Shown in pieces: positions 51,012 through 61,581 of a stretch of 64,000 nucleotides of DNA (its first letter is position 1; each line of letters begins with the position of its first letter). The position numbers were made by a program, and so were the translations under genes. This stretch comes from Acholeplasmataceae bacterium (GTDB lineage Bacteria > Bacillota_I > Bacilli_A > Acholeplasmatales > Acholeplasmataceae): contig OY775910.1 of NCBI GenBank assembly GCA_963675245.1, positions 128,001-192,000 on the forward strand, written 5' to 3'. A model generated the notes under the pieces. It was not told the origin of the DNA. It searched no databases and saw only the letters and a list, made by a program, of their open reading frames with translations.

Positions 51012-52055
51012 TTATTTGATTTCTTTCGTCGATTCGCGACGAACGAGATTAACAGGCAATTTTGTGATTTCAGCAAACGATCTTTCAGGATGTTCAATTA
51101 AACTAATCATTAATTTCGCTGCGGTTTCACCTAACAATGCACGATCTTGTGCAATCGTCGTAAGTGGTGGCGTGAAATGTTTTGAGAATGCAATGTCATC
51201 AAAGCCTATAATTTGGATATCTTCAGGAATTCTATACCCAAGTTCTAGCGTCTTTTTGATCACACCGAGTGCTAGGTCATCAGAAGATACAACAATAACT
51301 TCCGGCAAACTCGAGACATTTTCCAATAATTCATGTGTCGCGTTATAACCACTTGTGAATCCAAATGATTCTGCGTATACTACCTCATGCATAAGTTCAA
51401 TATCATAATCTTTCGCATAATGTTTCACGTGATTAACACGTTCAATAAACGCTTTGGATGTTTTTGGTCCTGAAATATAAGCTATTTTTTTCTTTTTTAA
51501 TTCCTCTTTAATGTAAGCTAATGTTAATTTTATACCTTGTTCGTTATCAGAGATTACCGTATGTAAACCAGGCACGATCATATCGTTTGATATACATGGT
51601 ATATCTGCATTTATAAGCTCTGTTAAGCCTTTATCATCATAATTACCAACAACAATATAGACACCATCAACACGCTTATTCATACACCATTGATAATAAG
51701 AAAGTTGATGCTGACCAATTTGTTTCACAATAAAAGATAGTTCGTAACCTTCTTTTTCAACATATGTCTTAAAGTGTTGTAAAATGCTTGAGAAAAAAGA
51801 GTGTTCTAATCCAACATCAGATTCCTCAGTGAAAACGACTCCTATTGAATATGTTCTCTTGCTTTTAAGCATTCTAGCGCTTGTAGCGGGTACATAGCCA
51901 ACTTTTTTAATATATTGCATTACACGCTCTCTCGTCGATTCTGAAACATTACCTGTATCATTAATGACTTTAGATATAGTGCCTGGAGCAAGATTAAGTT
52001 CTTTTGCAATCGTATAGATTGTCATTTTCTTTTTCAATTCATTCAACTCTTTCAT
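51012..52055 (-). CDS. LacI-family regulator
   Basis: TIYTIAKELNLAPGTISKVIN, IIGFDD, PPLTTI. Confidence 0.92.
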   Translation of the reverse strand: MKELNELKKKMTIYTIAKELNLAPGTISKVINDTGNVSESTRERVMQYIKKVGYVPATSARMLKSKRTYSIGVVFTEESDVGLEHSFFSSILQHFKTYVEKEGYELSFIVKQIGQHQLSYYQWCMNKRVDGVYIVVGNYDDKGLTELINADIPCISNDMIVPGLHTVISDNEQGIKLTLAYIKEELKKKKIAYISGPKTSKAFIERVNHVKHYAKDYDIELMHEVVYAESFGFTSGYNATHELLENVSSLPEVIVVSSDDLALGVIKKTLELGYRIPEDIQIIGFDDIAFSKHFTPPLTTIAQDRALLGETAAKLMISLIEHPERSFAEITKLPVNLVRRESTKEIK

Positions 52056-52758
52056 ATACTTTAACTGATGATATTTGAAAATCTAGTGGGAAGATTGAGT
52101 TATCAATTTCGCCACCCCAGTTACCACCAATCGCTAGATTTAATATCAAATAAAACGGTTGATTGAATGGCCACTCATGCTCGGTGCCACCCACTTCTTT
52201 ATGAAATGTAACAACATGCTTTTGATCAAATATAAACGAGATTTGATCTTCTTCCCATTCTATGCCATAGGTATGAAATGCGTCAGAGACAGTCTCATCT
52301 TTAATGATAAATGTTGGATGATTAAAATATTTATGATTATAACGTTCAGAATGGAGTGAAAAATGGATATGTCCGTGATTTTTGCCAACATGTTCCATCA
52401 GATCAATCTCACCACATAATGGCCATCCCACTTTTTTGATGTTTTCTCCTAGTAACCAGATAGCTGGCCAAGTGCCTTTTCCCTTTGGTAATTTGGCTGT
52501 TACTTCCAATTTGCCATATTGGATATGTTTCTTTTGATAAGTAACGAGTTTACCAGATGTGTAATGACGATGTTCATACTCTTCTTTTAAACCAATGATA
52601 TGAAGTATTCCATTTTTAACATACACATTCTCTAGTCTTTTTGTATAGTATTGATCTTCGTTATTTCCAAATCCTTGACCACCTGATTGGATTTCCCATA
52701 TATCAGGATTAGGTTTTCCATCTTGATCAAATTGATCTTCCCATAATAAGTTGTACAT
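52039..52758 (-). CDS. Cytoplasmic GH16 glucanase
   Basis: WPAIW, GEIDLME, no signal peptide. Confidence 0.92.
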   Translation of the reverse strand: MYNLLWEDQFDQDGKPNPDIWEIQSGGQGFGNNEDQYYTKRLENVYVKNGILHIIGLKEEYEHRHYTSGKLVTYQKKHIQYGKLEVTAKLPKGKGTWPAIWLLGENIKKVGWPLCGEIDLMEHVGKNHGHIHFSLHSERYNHKYFNHPTFIIKDETVSDAFHTYGIEWEEDQISFIFDQKHVVTFHKEVGGTEHEWPFNQPFYLILNLAIGGNWGGEIDNSIFPLDFQISSVKVYERVE

Positions 52759-52768
52759 GAATATCCTC

Positions 52769-53164
52769 TTATTTTATTGCTTTAATTTGTTTATCCGTCA
52801 AGTAAACGCGATGAGAATTTTTATCACATGTACTATCTTCTTCAATCAAAACGATTTTCGCATCTTTAGAAATACGATGTGCATGATAAACACCTTTTAA
52901 AACTTTATAAATTTGTTGCGGTTGTAAATCAATCGATTCAAATATCTCAGCATCTGGATGATTATCCTTGAAAAAGACCATTCTACATTGTCCATCGATT
53001 AAAATAAACACTTCATCTGTTTCATGATGACATTCAAGATAATTGATATCACTATTGTCAATTTCTTCAACATACTCTAATGTTGCGACACGCCACGTAT
53101 TGAAATGGAATAATTTACTATATCCGTTATGACTAAATTCAAATTGATCGTAATATTTCATCAA
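52769..53164 (-). CDS. Cupin-fold protein
   Basis: ECHHETDEVF...GVYH. Confidence 0.7.
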   Translation of the reverse strand: MMKYYDQFEFSHNGYSKLFHFNTWRVATLEYVEEIDNSDINYLECHHETDEVFILIDGQCRMVFFKDNHPDAEIFESIDLQPQQIYKVLKGVYHAHRISKDAKIVLIEEDSTCDKNSHRVYLTDKQIKAIK

Positions 53165-55619
53165 GATACACCTCTACGTGTTTTCCTATGTTTCTAAAGT
53201 GATTGTCTGTTGTCATACCATCTACAACAATTTTTGCTATTTCATATTGACCAAAATCTAATGCTTTTGGATTATGGTAAGTTATTTTTACAGTGTGGTT
53301 AAATAATACTGTTTGAATATTTGCTTTATAATCAATAAAGTCACATGCCTTTAATTTTGGTTTAAGTGTTAACACACCTAAATCAAATGATAAACCAAAC
53401 ACTTGTTCTCTAAGTAGTTTCAAAAACCAACTTGCACTACCTGTCAAATAACTGTATTTACCTATACCTAGGTCATTGAAGTATTCAGGAATACCTACAA
53501 GAACACCACTGTGTTCTTTTTCAGCTTGTTTTAGTAGTGTAAATGCTGCATCATGTCCATATGAGACAAGATTATATTGATATAGACCGTATGCATACAT
53601 CACACTCATGTGAGAGAAGATTGCACCATTTTCTTTATGGTGATATGCAAATCCATATGCTCTTCCCATATGTGCATCAGGATATCTAGAATTTAAGTGG
53701 TAACCACCTATTTGTTCATTAAACAATAATTTTTTAATACGTTTTGCTAATAATAGTGCTTGTTCGTCAGTTGCTGTATGTGATAATAAAGCCATTGCTT
53801 GTCCAGTTAAATTAGCTGTATCTTTTGTATCTAACAGTATGCCCTGTTCATTATAATAGCTTTGGAAACGTTGATCCTCAAATGCCTTTTCAAGCTTTTC
53901 TTTCATTGAATTAGCTAAGTTTTTTAGCTTATCTATGACATCATCACGTTTCATATGAATCAATGTATCTTCAAATGAAGCAGCTTGATTGAAATACTGG
54001 TTTAAATCAATATCACCTTTAAGTAATAATCCAAGTGCTTGATATAAAACAATTTCTTCTTGGTGGAGAGACGCTATTAAATCTGCTAAAATACGTAAGT
54101 TGTTCGTATAGAAGTGAGTGAATGCAATCGTTTCACCAAGTGCTTTAGCCATGTCAAGACCATCATTCCAATCTGCATCTTCTAACTTTGTATAGCCATG
54201 TTCGCCTTGATGTAGAAAACCCACCAAATTTTGTAATAATAAATGTTCTAATATGGTTCCTTGATAAGTAATTTTCGGTATGTCACGTCTTGTTTGATGT
54301 GTGTAATGTGTATATTGATCATGGAAATACGTTACTTTTTCAAGTAGGAATGCGAGATCTCCAGTCTCATCTAAATATTGTTTTACTGTGAGTAATGGCC
54401 AAGCCCCATGGTCTGACCAGACTCTGACTATTTTATTCCGATCTGCAAGAAACTCGCCTGGTTTTTCACCGATGATGGTAGCATTTGACCCATCTAATCT
54501 CACACCTTTGAAATTTGAAACCAATGTCTCTTTGACATGATCATCTCCCATCATGATCAACGATAACAAGTCTTGCCATAAATCACGCCAACCTTTTCCA
54601 CCTTTGCCATAATCATGGTGAGGTAAAAATGAATTACCATAATATCGTCTTAACATCGGTTGAATAACCATCCAGTTCATCCGATCGCTTAGTGGTTGAT
54701 CTCCCAGTTGGAACTGTAGTTTATTACTATATTCTTTAAATGATTGATTAACCTGATTTAAGCCTTCCTCAAACCCAACTTTATTCAAGTATTTCTTTTG
54801 AATACTTTCAATGCTTTCAGATGCTTCAGTAATCGAAATACCATAATAGCATGTAAATGACTCATTTGGCTTTAATTCTACTTTTTCAAATTGAATACCA
54901 CCCATTGCTTCATAACCGTCAATGTGATAAGGATTTTGAATAATGTTGTTCAATCCTTTTGGAAAGGCTAGACTACCTCCATTAATAAACTGATCGATAG
55001 TTGGTATATAGCCATTAATTTTCACATCACTACTTGCAATCACGTGATATGATGTGTGATTGATTTGATGTCCTCTTTCATCAAATTGCATGGTTGGTTT
55101 AACTGTAACTCTTCCTTCTTCAACCATGATTCGATTTAATAATGACGTAACGTGTCTATGATCTCTCATATTATCAGCACTTCTAGCATATAGAGGAATC
55201 GCAGTAGTCACTATAAGTGCTTGATTAACATTTGAATGATTTTTATAAACTACTTGATGAAGTTCAACTGGAGCATCTATAGCCACATAACTTGTTGTTT
55301 CTATGGTATATATCTGACTCTTTCTAGTGACTTTTTGATAAAGTAAGTCGATTTCTAGTGTCATCTCATCATGCTGTTGTTTTTCTGTAGAACCATTTAG
55401 AAAATATAGCTCATTATTAATATTAAAAATTACATTACGACCTAATCCATGCACATAAAGTCCTAATTCAGATATTGGTTCTAATGCAAATCTATGTTGA
55501 TCACGTTTAGCATCACCAGCCATAAACGGTGAAATGGATGATCTAAATCCATGTTTGTTAAATAGTGGGAAATAATATCCTAGATTACCATTCAGTTGCA
55601 TGATTTTTTTGTATGCCAT
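53139..55619 (-). CDS. GH94 phosphorylase, laminaribiose phosphorylase-like
   Basis: SFLPHHDYGKGGKGWRDLWQD, ADWNDGLD, KENGAIFSH, YLTGSASW. Confidence 0.85.
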   Translation of the reverse strand: MAYKKIMQLNGNLGYYFPLFNKHGFRSSISPFMAGDAKRDQHRFALEPISELGLYVHGLGRNVIFNINNELYFLNGSTEKQQHDEMTLEIDLLYQKVTRKSQIYTIETTSYVAIDAPVELHQVVYKNHSNVNQALIVTTAIPLYARSADNMRDHRHVTSLLNRIMVEEGRVTVKPTMQFDERGHQINHTSYHVIASSDVKINGYIPTIDQFINGGSLAFPKGLNNIIQNPYHIDGYEAMGGIQFEKVELKPNESFTCYYGISITEASESIESIQKKYLNKVGFEEGLNQVNQSFKEYSNKLQFQLGDQPLSDRMNWMVIQPMLRRYYGNSFLPHHDYGKGGKGWRDLWQDLLSLIMMGDDHVKETLVSNFKGVRLDGSNATIIGEKPGEFLADRNKIVRVWSDHGAWPLLTVKQYLDETGDLAFLLEKVTYFHDQYTHYTHQTRRDIPKITYQGTILEHLLLQNLVGFLHQGEHGYTKLEDADWNDGLDMAKALGETIAFTHFYTNNLRILADLIASLHQEEIVLYQALGLLLKGDIDLNQYFNQAASFEDTLIHMKRDDVIDKLKNLANSMKEKLEKAFEDQRFQSYYNEQGILLDTKDTANLTGQAMALLSHTATDEQALLLAKRIKKLLFNEQIGGYHLNSRYPDAHMGRAYGFAYHHKENGAIFSHMSVMYAYGLYQYNLVSYGHDAAFTLLKQAEKEHSGVLVGIPEYFNDLGIGKYSYLTGSASWFLKLLREQVFGLSFDLGVLTLKPKLKACDFIDYKANIQTVLFNHTVKITYHNPKALDFGQYEIAKIVVDGMTTDNHFRNIGKHVEVYLDEILRSI

Positions 55620-55635
55620 AGTGTCTCCCAAAATA

Positions 55636-55651
55636 AAGAAATCGGTTTCCT
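55636..55651. promoter_or_regulatory. LacI-type operator
   Basis: AAGAAATCGGTTTCCT upstream of GH94 gene. Confidence 0.7.
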
Positions 55652-55718
55652 ACTACTTATTATATCGTAACTTTTCAATTTGTAAAGAGTTTTGTGAAAG
55701 AAAATTAAAACGCTTACA

Positions 55719-55755
55719 AATAAAGCGATCCATTTTAGGTTCGCTTTATTTTTAA
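55719..55755 (-). terminator. Intrinsic terminator after GH30 gene
   Basis: AATAAAGCGA/TCGCTTTATT. Confidence 0.65.
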
Positions 55756-55766
55756 TTTATTAAAAA

Positions 55767-57071
55767 TTATATGACAATTGTTACAATACTATGCTTGTAA
55801 CTTGTCAATGTGACGATATCCTTTAATCCCTTTAAATTCACATTAAAGTCTTGATTCGTTTCATTCATCACGACCACAACTTCAGAACCATCAGTATTTT
55901 TAAATGCCACATAATATAATTTATCTGTCCCTTCACTTAACAATTGAATTGCACCTGGTTTGATATATTTCGAGAAATGACCAATGTAATAATATGATGG
56001 ATTTTTAATGAGTTCTTCATGAAATATTTTGATCATAACAGGCGAAGAACATAAATTATTGACATGATTTGGTCCACCTGTATCATCTAAAAACAAATTC
56101 CAATCAATAAACCCTTCATTAAAATTCTTTAGGTCATGAATGATATTTCTGCCATATCTTTCGCCAACTGCATATTCATGAAAATGTGGACCACCTTCTT
56201 GACAACCTTCCGTAAATAATAAATGCTTATCAGGAAATAGATCATGATGTTTTTTAACTTCTTCAAACTGCTCATTTTCATACCAGTGAAATGCAGTACC
56301 ATATATATATTTGTTCGCTTCTTGGTCTTCATATACTTCTTTTGCTCTATCAACCATCAGATCTCTATTATGATCCCAAATATAAATCTTGATATCTGAT
56401 AAACCCTCCTGCTCAAAAGTTTTACCTAACACTTTGGATAATCTCGCTTCATCTTTACCTTCATATAAACAAGAATCCCATCTTTGTGCAGCAGCAGGTT
56501 CATTTTGAATCGTAATCATTAAAATATTTGCATTTGCCTCTTGATATGCTTTAATGAATTTTACGATATAATTTGTCCATATTTGATCATATTTCTCTAG
56601 TAATTTTCCACCTCTAATTGGTGAATGATTATCTTTCATCCAATAAGGTGGTGTCCAAGGAGATGCCAAGAGTTCTATAGGCTTACCTGCAAATTTGGAT
56701 GCATCATTGATGAGTTCTAAAACAGGTTTATCCCTGGCGATTGAAAATGATTCAAGTGAATCATCATAATCATCTATATACAAATACGAAGATAAACTGA
56801 AATCACAACCATGAATTGATACACGACCAATCGTATACCCTAATCCATCTACTGGATCAAAATACGCTTTGATTGCTTTTTCTCTTTCTGCTTTATTAAT
56901 TCGATTTAGATTATAGGCTGAACTTTCTGTAAAAGCACCTCCAAAACCTAAAATAGTTTGACCATATTCCTGTTTGATATTAATATCAAGCGATACTAGA
57001 GATGGTTCAATGACATGGTCAACTGTTTTCAACCATTCGTTTGCACCATCACGTGTTCTAATTAATGTCAT
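55767..57071 (-). CDS. GH30 glycoside hydrolase
   Basis: GFGGAFTE, ASPWTPP, TIQNEP, LFTEG, DWNL. Confidence 0.92.
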   Translation of the reverse strand: MTLIRTRDGANEWLKTVDHVIEPSLVSLDINIKQEYGQTILGFGGAFTESSAYNLNRINKAEREKAIKAYFDPVDGLGYTIGRVSIHGCDFSLSSYLYIDDYDDSLESFSIARDKPVLELINDASKFAGKPIELLASPWTPPYWMKDNHSPIRGGKLLEKYDQIWTNYIVKFIKAYQEANANILMITIQNEPAAAQRWDSCLYEGKDEARLSKVLGKTFEQEGLSDIKIYIWDHNRDLMVDRAKEVYEDQEANKYIYGTAFHWYENEQFEEVKKHHDLFPDKHLLFTEGCQEGGPHFHEYAVGERYGRNIIHDLKNFNEGFIDWNLFLDDTGGPNHVNNLCSSPVMIKIFHEELIKNPSYYYIGHFSKYIKPGAIQLLSEGTDKLYYVAFKNTDGSEVVVVMNETNQDFNVNLKGLKDIVTLTSYKHSIVTIVI

Positions 57072-57154
57072 AATATTTCCCTCTTTTCATGTCTTATTAT
57101 ACTGTCTTTAACATTAAATTCAATCCCGAAAACTTGGGTAAAAAGAAAAAGAAT

Positions 57155-57877
57155 CTATTGATTCTTTCGCTTAATGAAAAATGCAATCACCGCACCTAAT
57201 ATAATATCAATGACCAAATAATATGTTATATCTGTGATCACAGCAGGGGTGATATATGTATCCCTATCTGTAATCATATCAAAGTCTTCTTCTGTAAATC
57301 CTTGATTTAAATTATCTGATGTTTCATCAATCAGATTAATTTGAAGTATCTCCGAGTGAAATAAATTCCCATTATAATCGTCAATATTGATGGCGACTTC
57401 ACGATCCTCTTCTATGACAAATGCCCCATAGAAAAACCCATAAATTTCCATCCCATAAGTGATGGCTTCTCCATTATAATTATCACTGGTTCTAATTGAT
57501 TCAGCTGTCCATGTGTCTGGGTTGATAAAACGAATGTTGGATTTATCACTATTATCATCAATTTCAGTAGCGTGTTGGAATGTGCCATTATCATTGACAA
57601 TGACGACGACTTGGTTTAATCGTTGTTCATTTTGTTCACCTATCACTTGATAAATTGAAATGTTTGCATCAGTCAATTCAATATACGCTTCTCGTTTATA
57701 CCCGAGCGATTGATAAGCAACAAATGTATCAAAGTCGCCTGTTTCATGGGCATTATCAGCAATCTCACCAAAGACTTCGAGCACTCTTGCCTGTGTATGG
57801 AGTTGAAGTGATAAGAATACGACAAATGAAAGTAATACAACACTTACAACACTGTAGATAATGATAAACTTTTTCAT
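57155..57877 (-). CDS. Hypothetical membrane protein
   Basis: N- and C-terminal TM segments. Confidence 0.7.
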   Translation of the reverse strand: MKKFIIIYSVVSVVLLSFVVFLSLQLHTQARVLEVFGEIADNAHETGDFDTFVAYQSLGYKREAYIELTDANISIYQVIGEQNEQRLNQVVVIVNDNGTFQHATEIDDNSDKSNIRFINPDTWTAESIRTSDNYNGEAITYGMEIYGFFYGAFVIEEDREVAINIDDYNGNLFHSEILQINLIDETSDNLNQGFTEEDFDMITDRDTYITPAVITDITYYLVIDIILGAVIAFFIKRKNQ

Positions 57878-58554
57878 CTAACAACACCTCTATTTTTGTA
57901 ATACAATTTCGCTTTATTGACAGGTTTAATTTTCCCTTGATCAATGATAATACATCCATCATCTGGAATGATATAAATGGGTAATTTGTATGCTCTAAAC
58001 ACTTTTCTCATACCACTTTTTTGTTTTTTGCGTCTTCGATAATGCACTTCTACAAAGAAACCAGAAAGTAGTTCTAGACCTTTTTCATATGAAAAAGATG
58101 GATAATCTGCATCAGGTGAAATATGATAATTTTCAAATTGAATCATGGTTCCAGCTGATACACCAATATATGTTTTCTGATGCTTTATAATGGCTTCATA
58201 TATACCCTTTTCATGGATACGATCCATAAATCTTTCCGGTGCACCACCTGGAAAAAATAAGATATCTGCAGACTCTATTTTTTTGATTGCTGCTATTCTT
58301 GTATCATCGTAATAATTAACCCATTGGATATCTTTTTCTTTGATGCCAAAAGGCAATAATTGCTCAACGACTTTCATATAATATTGACCTTCTGGGGCAT
58401 AGTCAAAACGATAATGATCTGCTGTTGGATATTGAATATCAAAAAAAGAGTAGCAGACAACTGTCACATTCATGCCTTCTTTGATATATTGTTCTAATGC
58501 TGGTTTTATTTTTGGGTGAATTAAATCGCTTCTGCTCATTAAAATATTTATCAT
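57874..58554 (-). CDS. Peptidase S51 (peptidase E-like)
   Basis: FFPGG, IGVSAG, EVHY. Confidence 0.82.
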   Translation of the reverse strand: MINILMSRSDLIHPKIKPALEQYIKEGMNVTVVCYSFFDIQYPTADHYRFDYAPEGQYYMKVVEQLLPFGIKEKDIQWVNYYDDTRIAAIKKIESADILFFPGGAPERFMDRIHEKGIYEAIIKHQKTYIGVSAGTMIQFENYHISPDADYPSFSYEKGLELLSGFFVEVHYRRRKKQKSGMRKVFRAYKLPIYIIPDDGCIIIDQGKIKPVNKAKLYYKNRGVVR

Positions 58555-58767
58555 ATCATATTCCTTATATTCATTTGTAAATAAATTTGAAAAACGATTA
58601 GTTATTTTTCTACTCCTATTATAACGTATGATGATAAGCTTTTAAAACAAAATTGATATTCACAGTTCATGTGGTTTTAAATACAAGCCTCAATGTTATA
58701 TAATGAAATTAGAGAAAAACATAAAAGTGAAAGGAGCGTATACATTGATTTGTATACACAATAAATA

Positions 58768-58956
58768 ATGGATACTGCTGAAAAAAAATTAGCTGCTTTA
58801 AGAAAAGCAATTGATCAACGATTACAATCACTTTATAGACTGGAAGAAACAGAAAAAAGCAATGAAGCAAAGACACTTGAATATCTTATGTGTATGATTG
58901 AAATCGACAACGATGATGAATACGCAACAAAGTGTTTACGTAAAATTTATTGGTAA
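58768..58956 (+). CDS. Small hypothetical protein
   Basis: ORF followed by terminator; AAAGGAG upstream suggests the start may be TTG at 58745 region. Confidence 0.5.
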   Translation: MDTAEKKLAALRKAIDQRLQSLYRLEETEKSNEAKTLEYLMCMIEIDNDDEYATKCLRKIYW

Positions 58957-58971
58957 GATTATAAAAAAGTA

Positions 58972-58994
58972 ATGGCGACCATCTCGGTCGCCAT
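58972..58994. terminator. Bidirectional terminator
   Basis: ATGGCGACC-atctc-GGTCGCCAT flanked by A and T runs. Confidence 0.8.
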
Positions 58995-59000
58995 ATTTTT

Positions 59001-59996
59001 TTAAGCTTCTTTATTTCTATTAAGTGATCGTTGAACAAGCACTGCACCTAGGATTAAGACACCTTTGATGAGATCTGTTAAGAGCGCTGATACGCCAAAT
59101 GCGTTTAGGATTGCATTAATTGAATAAAGGATAATCGCTCCAAAGAATGAACCTTGAATAAATCCTTTACCACCCGCCATTGATGCGCCACCAATAGCGA
59201 CGGCTGCAATCACATCAAGTTCAAATCCACGACCTGCGGTTGCTGTATCAACAGAACCAAATCTTGCCATATATAGGAATGCGGCTAATCCAGTTAATAT
59301 ACCTGTAACTGTGAAAATCATCACTTTAACCCAATCCACTTTAATCCCTGCAAGCTTCGCTGCTTTTTCGTTTGAACCAATTGCGTAAACATAACGACCA
59401 AATTTAGTCTTCGTCATGAGCACCCATACAAGCACACTGACAAGGATAAAGATCCAAACAACCCATGGGATACCAATAAAATTACCATACCCAATTTTTC
59501 GAAGTCCAGCATAATAAAAATCATTATTAATTAATAAAGGTCCACCACTACCAATTTGAACGGTGAGTGATCGATAAGCTGCAAGTGTCGCCAAAGTAAC
59601 AATAAATGCAGCAACATGTGTTTTACCAATAAAGAAGCCATTAATTAAACCTAATATACCACCAAATGCGAGTGCAAATAATAAGGTTAAAATAACACTG
59701 CCAGTTGCGTTATACACCATAACGCTAATCGTTGCAGTTAAACCAAGAATGGACCCAACAGATAAATCAATATTACCAGATATAATGACCAAAGACATCC
59801 CTAAGGCGATAATACCAATAATGGAAGATGCTCTAACAAGTTGGATAAGATTTGCAGCACTTAAGAAATTAGGACTGGCTATCGCACCAATAATTAATAA
59901 AACGATGAGCGAAAACAAATAATTATGGTTGACAACAACATCCTTTAATACATCTTTTGATTTACCAAGCACAAGTGCTTTATCTATCTTTTTCAT
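59001..59996 (-). CDS. Monosaccharide ABC permease (RbsC-like)
   Basis: IDLSVG, FGRYVYAIGSN, ELDVIAAVAIGG. Confidence 0.93.
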   Translation of the reverse strand: MKKIDKALVLGKSKDVLKDVVVNHNYLFSLIVLLIIGAIASPNFLSAANLIQLVRASSIIGIIALGMSLVIISGNIDLSVGSILGLTATISVMVYNATGSVILTLLFALAFGGILGLINGFFIGKTHVAAFIVTLATLAAYRSLTVQIGSGGPLLINNDFYYAGLRKIGYGNFIGIPWVVWIFILVSVLVWVLMTKTKFGRYVYAIGSNEKAAKLAGIKVDWVKVMIFTVTGILTGLAAFLYMARFGSVDTATAGRGFELDVIAAVAIGGASMAGGKGFIQGSFFGAIILYSINAILNAFGVSALLTDLIKGVLILGAVLVQRSLNRNKEA

Positions 59997-61491
59997 CTTT
60001 GTTCTCCTTTAAATTAGATCCGGTTGAATAATACATTACATTCATTTCGTCAAGTTCTTCATGACCTAGCTCTTTATTAATTTCACCACGATACATCACA
60101 ATAACACGATTCGCTATTTTGTGCAATTCTGTATATTCTGATGTGAATACGATGACTGATTTACCTTGTAAACTTAAATTATGAATTAAATGATACACTT
60201 CATTTTTTGCACCAACATCAATACCCTGTGTTGGATTATCTAGAATATAAACATCACTGTCTAATTCAAACCATCTTGAAAATATAACTTTTTGTTGATT
60301 ACCACCTGATAATGATGTGATCTTATCAAGAGGTGAACCGACTTTTATACTTGTCACTTCTTGATTTTTATCAAATCGTTTTAATTCTTCTTTTTTACTG
60401 ACAAGTGGATTTTTATGTTTTGACGTAAAATAGGCCATTGACAAATTATCGGAAATGGTTAAATCTGGAATAATCGATCTTTCTTTACGATCTCTTGGAA
60501 TCATTGAGATACCAGATTTCATCACAGATCTAATAGATTTCATCGATAATGTTTTACCATTAAGTGTGATTGTACCAGTATCAGCTTTACGCACACCAAA
60601 CAATGTCTCAGACAACTCTCCTCGACCATCTCCGAATAATCCTGTTACCCCTAACACTTCACCTTTTCTTAAATTGAAACTGATGTTTCTAAAATAAGGT
60701 TCAAGGGTAAGGTTTTTTACTTCAAATATATTATTTCCAATATGTTTTTCATTATAGTCAATCGCTTCATGGGCCAGTTTTTTACCTACCAGCAATTCCG
60801 TTGCCACTTGTTCGTTAATATCTTCAAACTGGCCAGAATCGATAAATTTTCCATCTCGTAATACGACATAATCATCGCATATTTCAAATAGTTCTGGCAT
60901 TTTATGCGAGATATAAATACTGCTTATACAATTTTTTTTAAAATCACGCATAATGCCAAATAAAATATCAATTTCTTCATTTGTTAAAGCTGTTGTTGGT
61001 TCATCAAAAATAATCAGTTTTGATTCAAATAGAACAGCTTTTGCTATTTCAATAATTTGCTTTCTAGAGGTATCTAATGTGCTAACGATTGCTTCTGGAT
61101 TGATATCAACATCCATGCGTTTAAAAACATTTCTAGAACGTTCAATCATTTCCTTTTTATTCAAAATCCCGTAAGTTGTAATTTCGTTATTTAAAAATAA
61201 ATTCTCATAAACACGTAAATCATTTACTAAATTAAGTTCTTGATGAATAAAACTAATACCTAAATCGGTTGCTTCTCTCGTTGTAAGGTGCGTGTAATTC
61301 TTACCATCAACGATGATTTCACCTGAAGATGGTGGTAATACACCACCTAAAATATTCATTAATGTAGATTTCCCAGCTCCATTCTCACCTAACAGACCTA
61401 AAATTTTAGCTTCAGGGACATTAAACGAGACATTTTCTAGTGCTTGAACAGCACCAAAATTTTTATAGATGTTTCTAAATTCAACCTTCAT
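59980..61491 (-). CDS. Monosaccharide ABC ATPase (RbsA-like, double domain)
   Basis: GENGAGKST, DEPT, LSGGNQQK. Confidence 0.95.
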   Translation of the reverse strand: MKVEFRNIYKNFGAVQALENVSFNVPEAKILGLLGENGAGKSTLMNILGGVLPPSSGEIIVDGKNYTHLTTREATDLGISFIHQELNLVNDLRVYENLFLNNEITTYGILNKKEMIERSRNVFKRMDVDINPEAIVSTLDTSRKQIIEIAKAVLFESKLIIFDEPTTALTNEEIDILFGIMRDFKKNCISSIYISHKMPELFEICDDYVVLRDGKFIDSGQFEDINEQVATELLVGKKLAHEAIDYNEKHIGNNIFEVKNLTLEPYFRNISFNLRKGEVLGVTGLFGDGRGELSETLFGVRKADTGTITLNGKTLSMKSIRSVMKSGISMIPRDRKERSIIPDLTISDNLSMAYFTSKHKNPLVSKKEELKRFDKNQEVTSIKVGSPLDKITSLSGGNQQKVIFSRWFELDSDVYILDNPTQGIDVGAKNEVYHLIHNLSLQGKSVIVFTSEYTELHKIANRVIVMYRGEINKELGHEELDEMNVMYYSTGSNLKENKDEKDR

Positions 61492-61581
61492 AATTGGTCA
61501 CATCCGCTTTCTAAAAATTAGATGAAGCCGGCTAAGTCGCCTTAACCGGCTATCATCTTTAAATCATCACTAGTTTGATAA

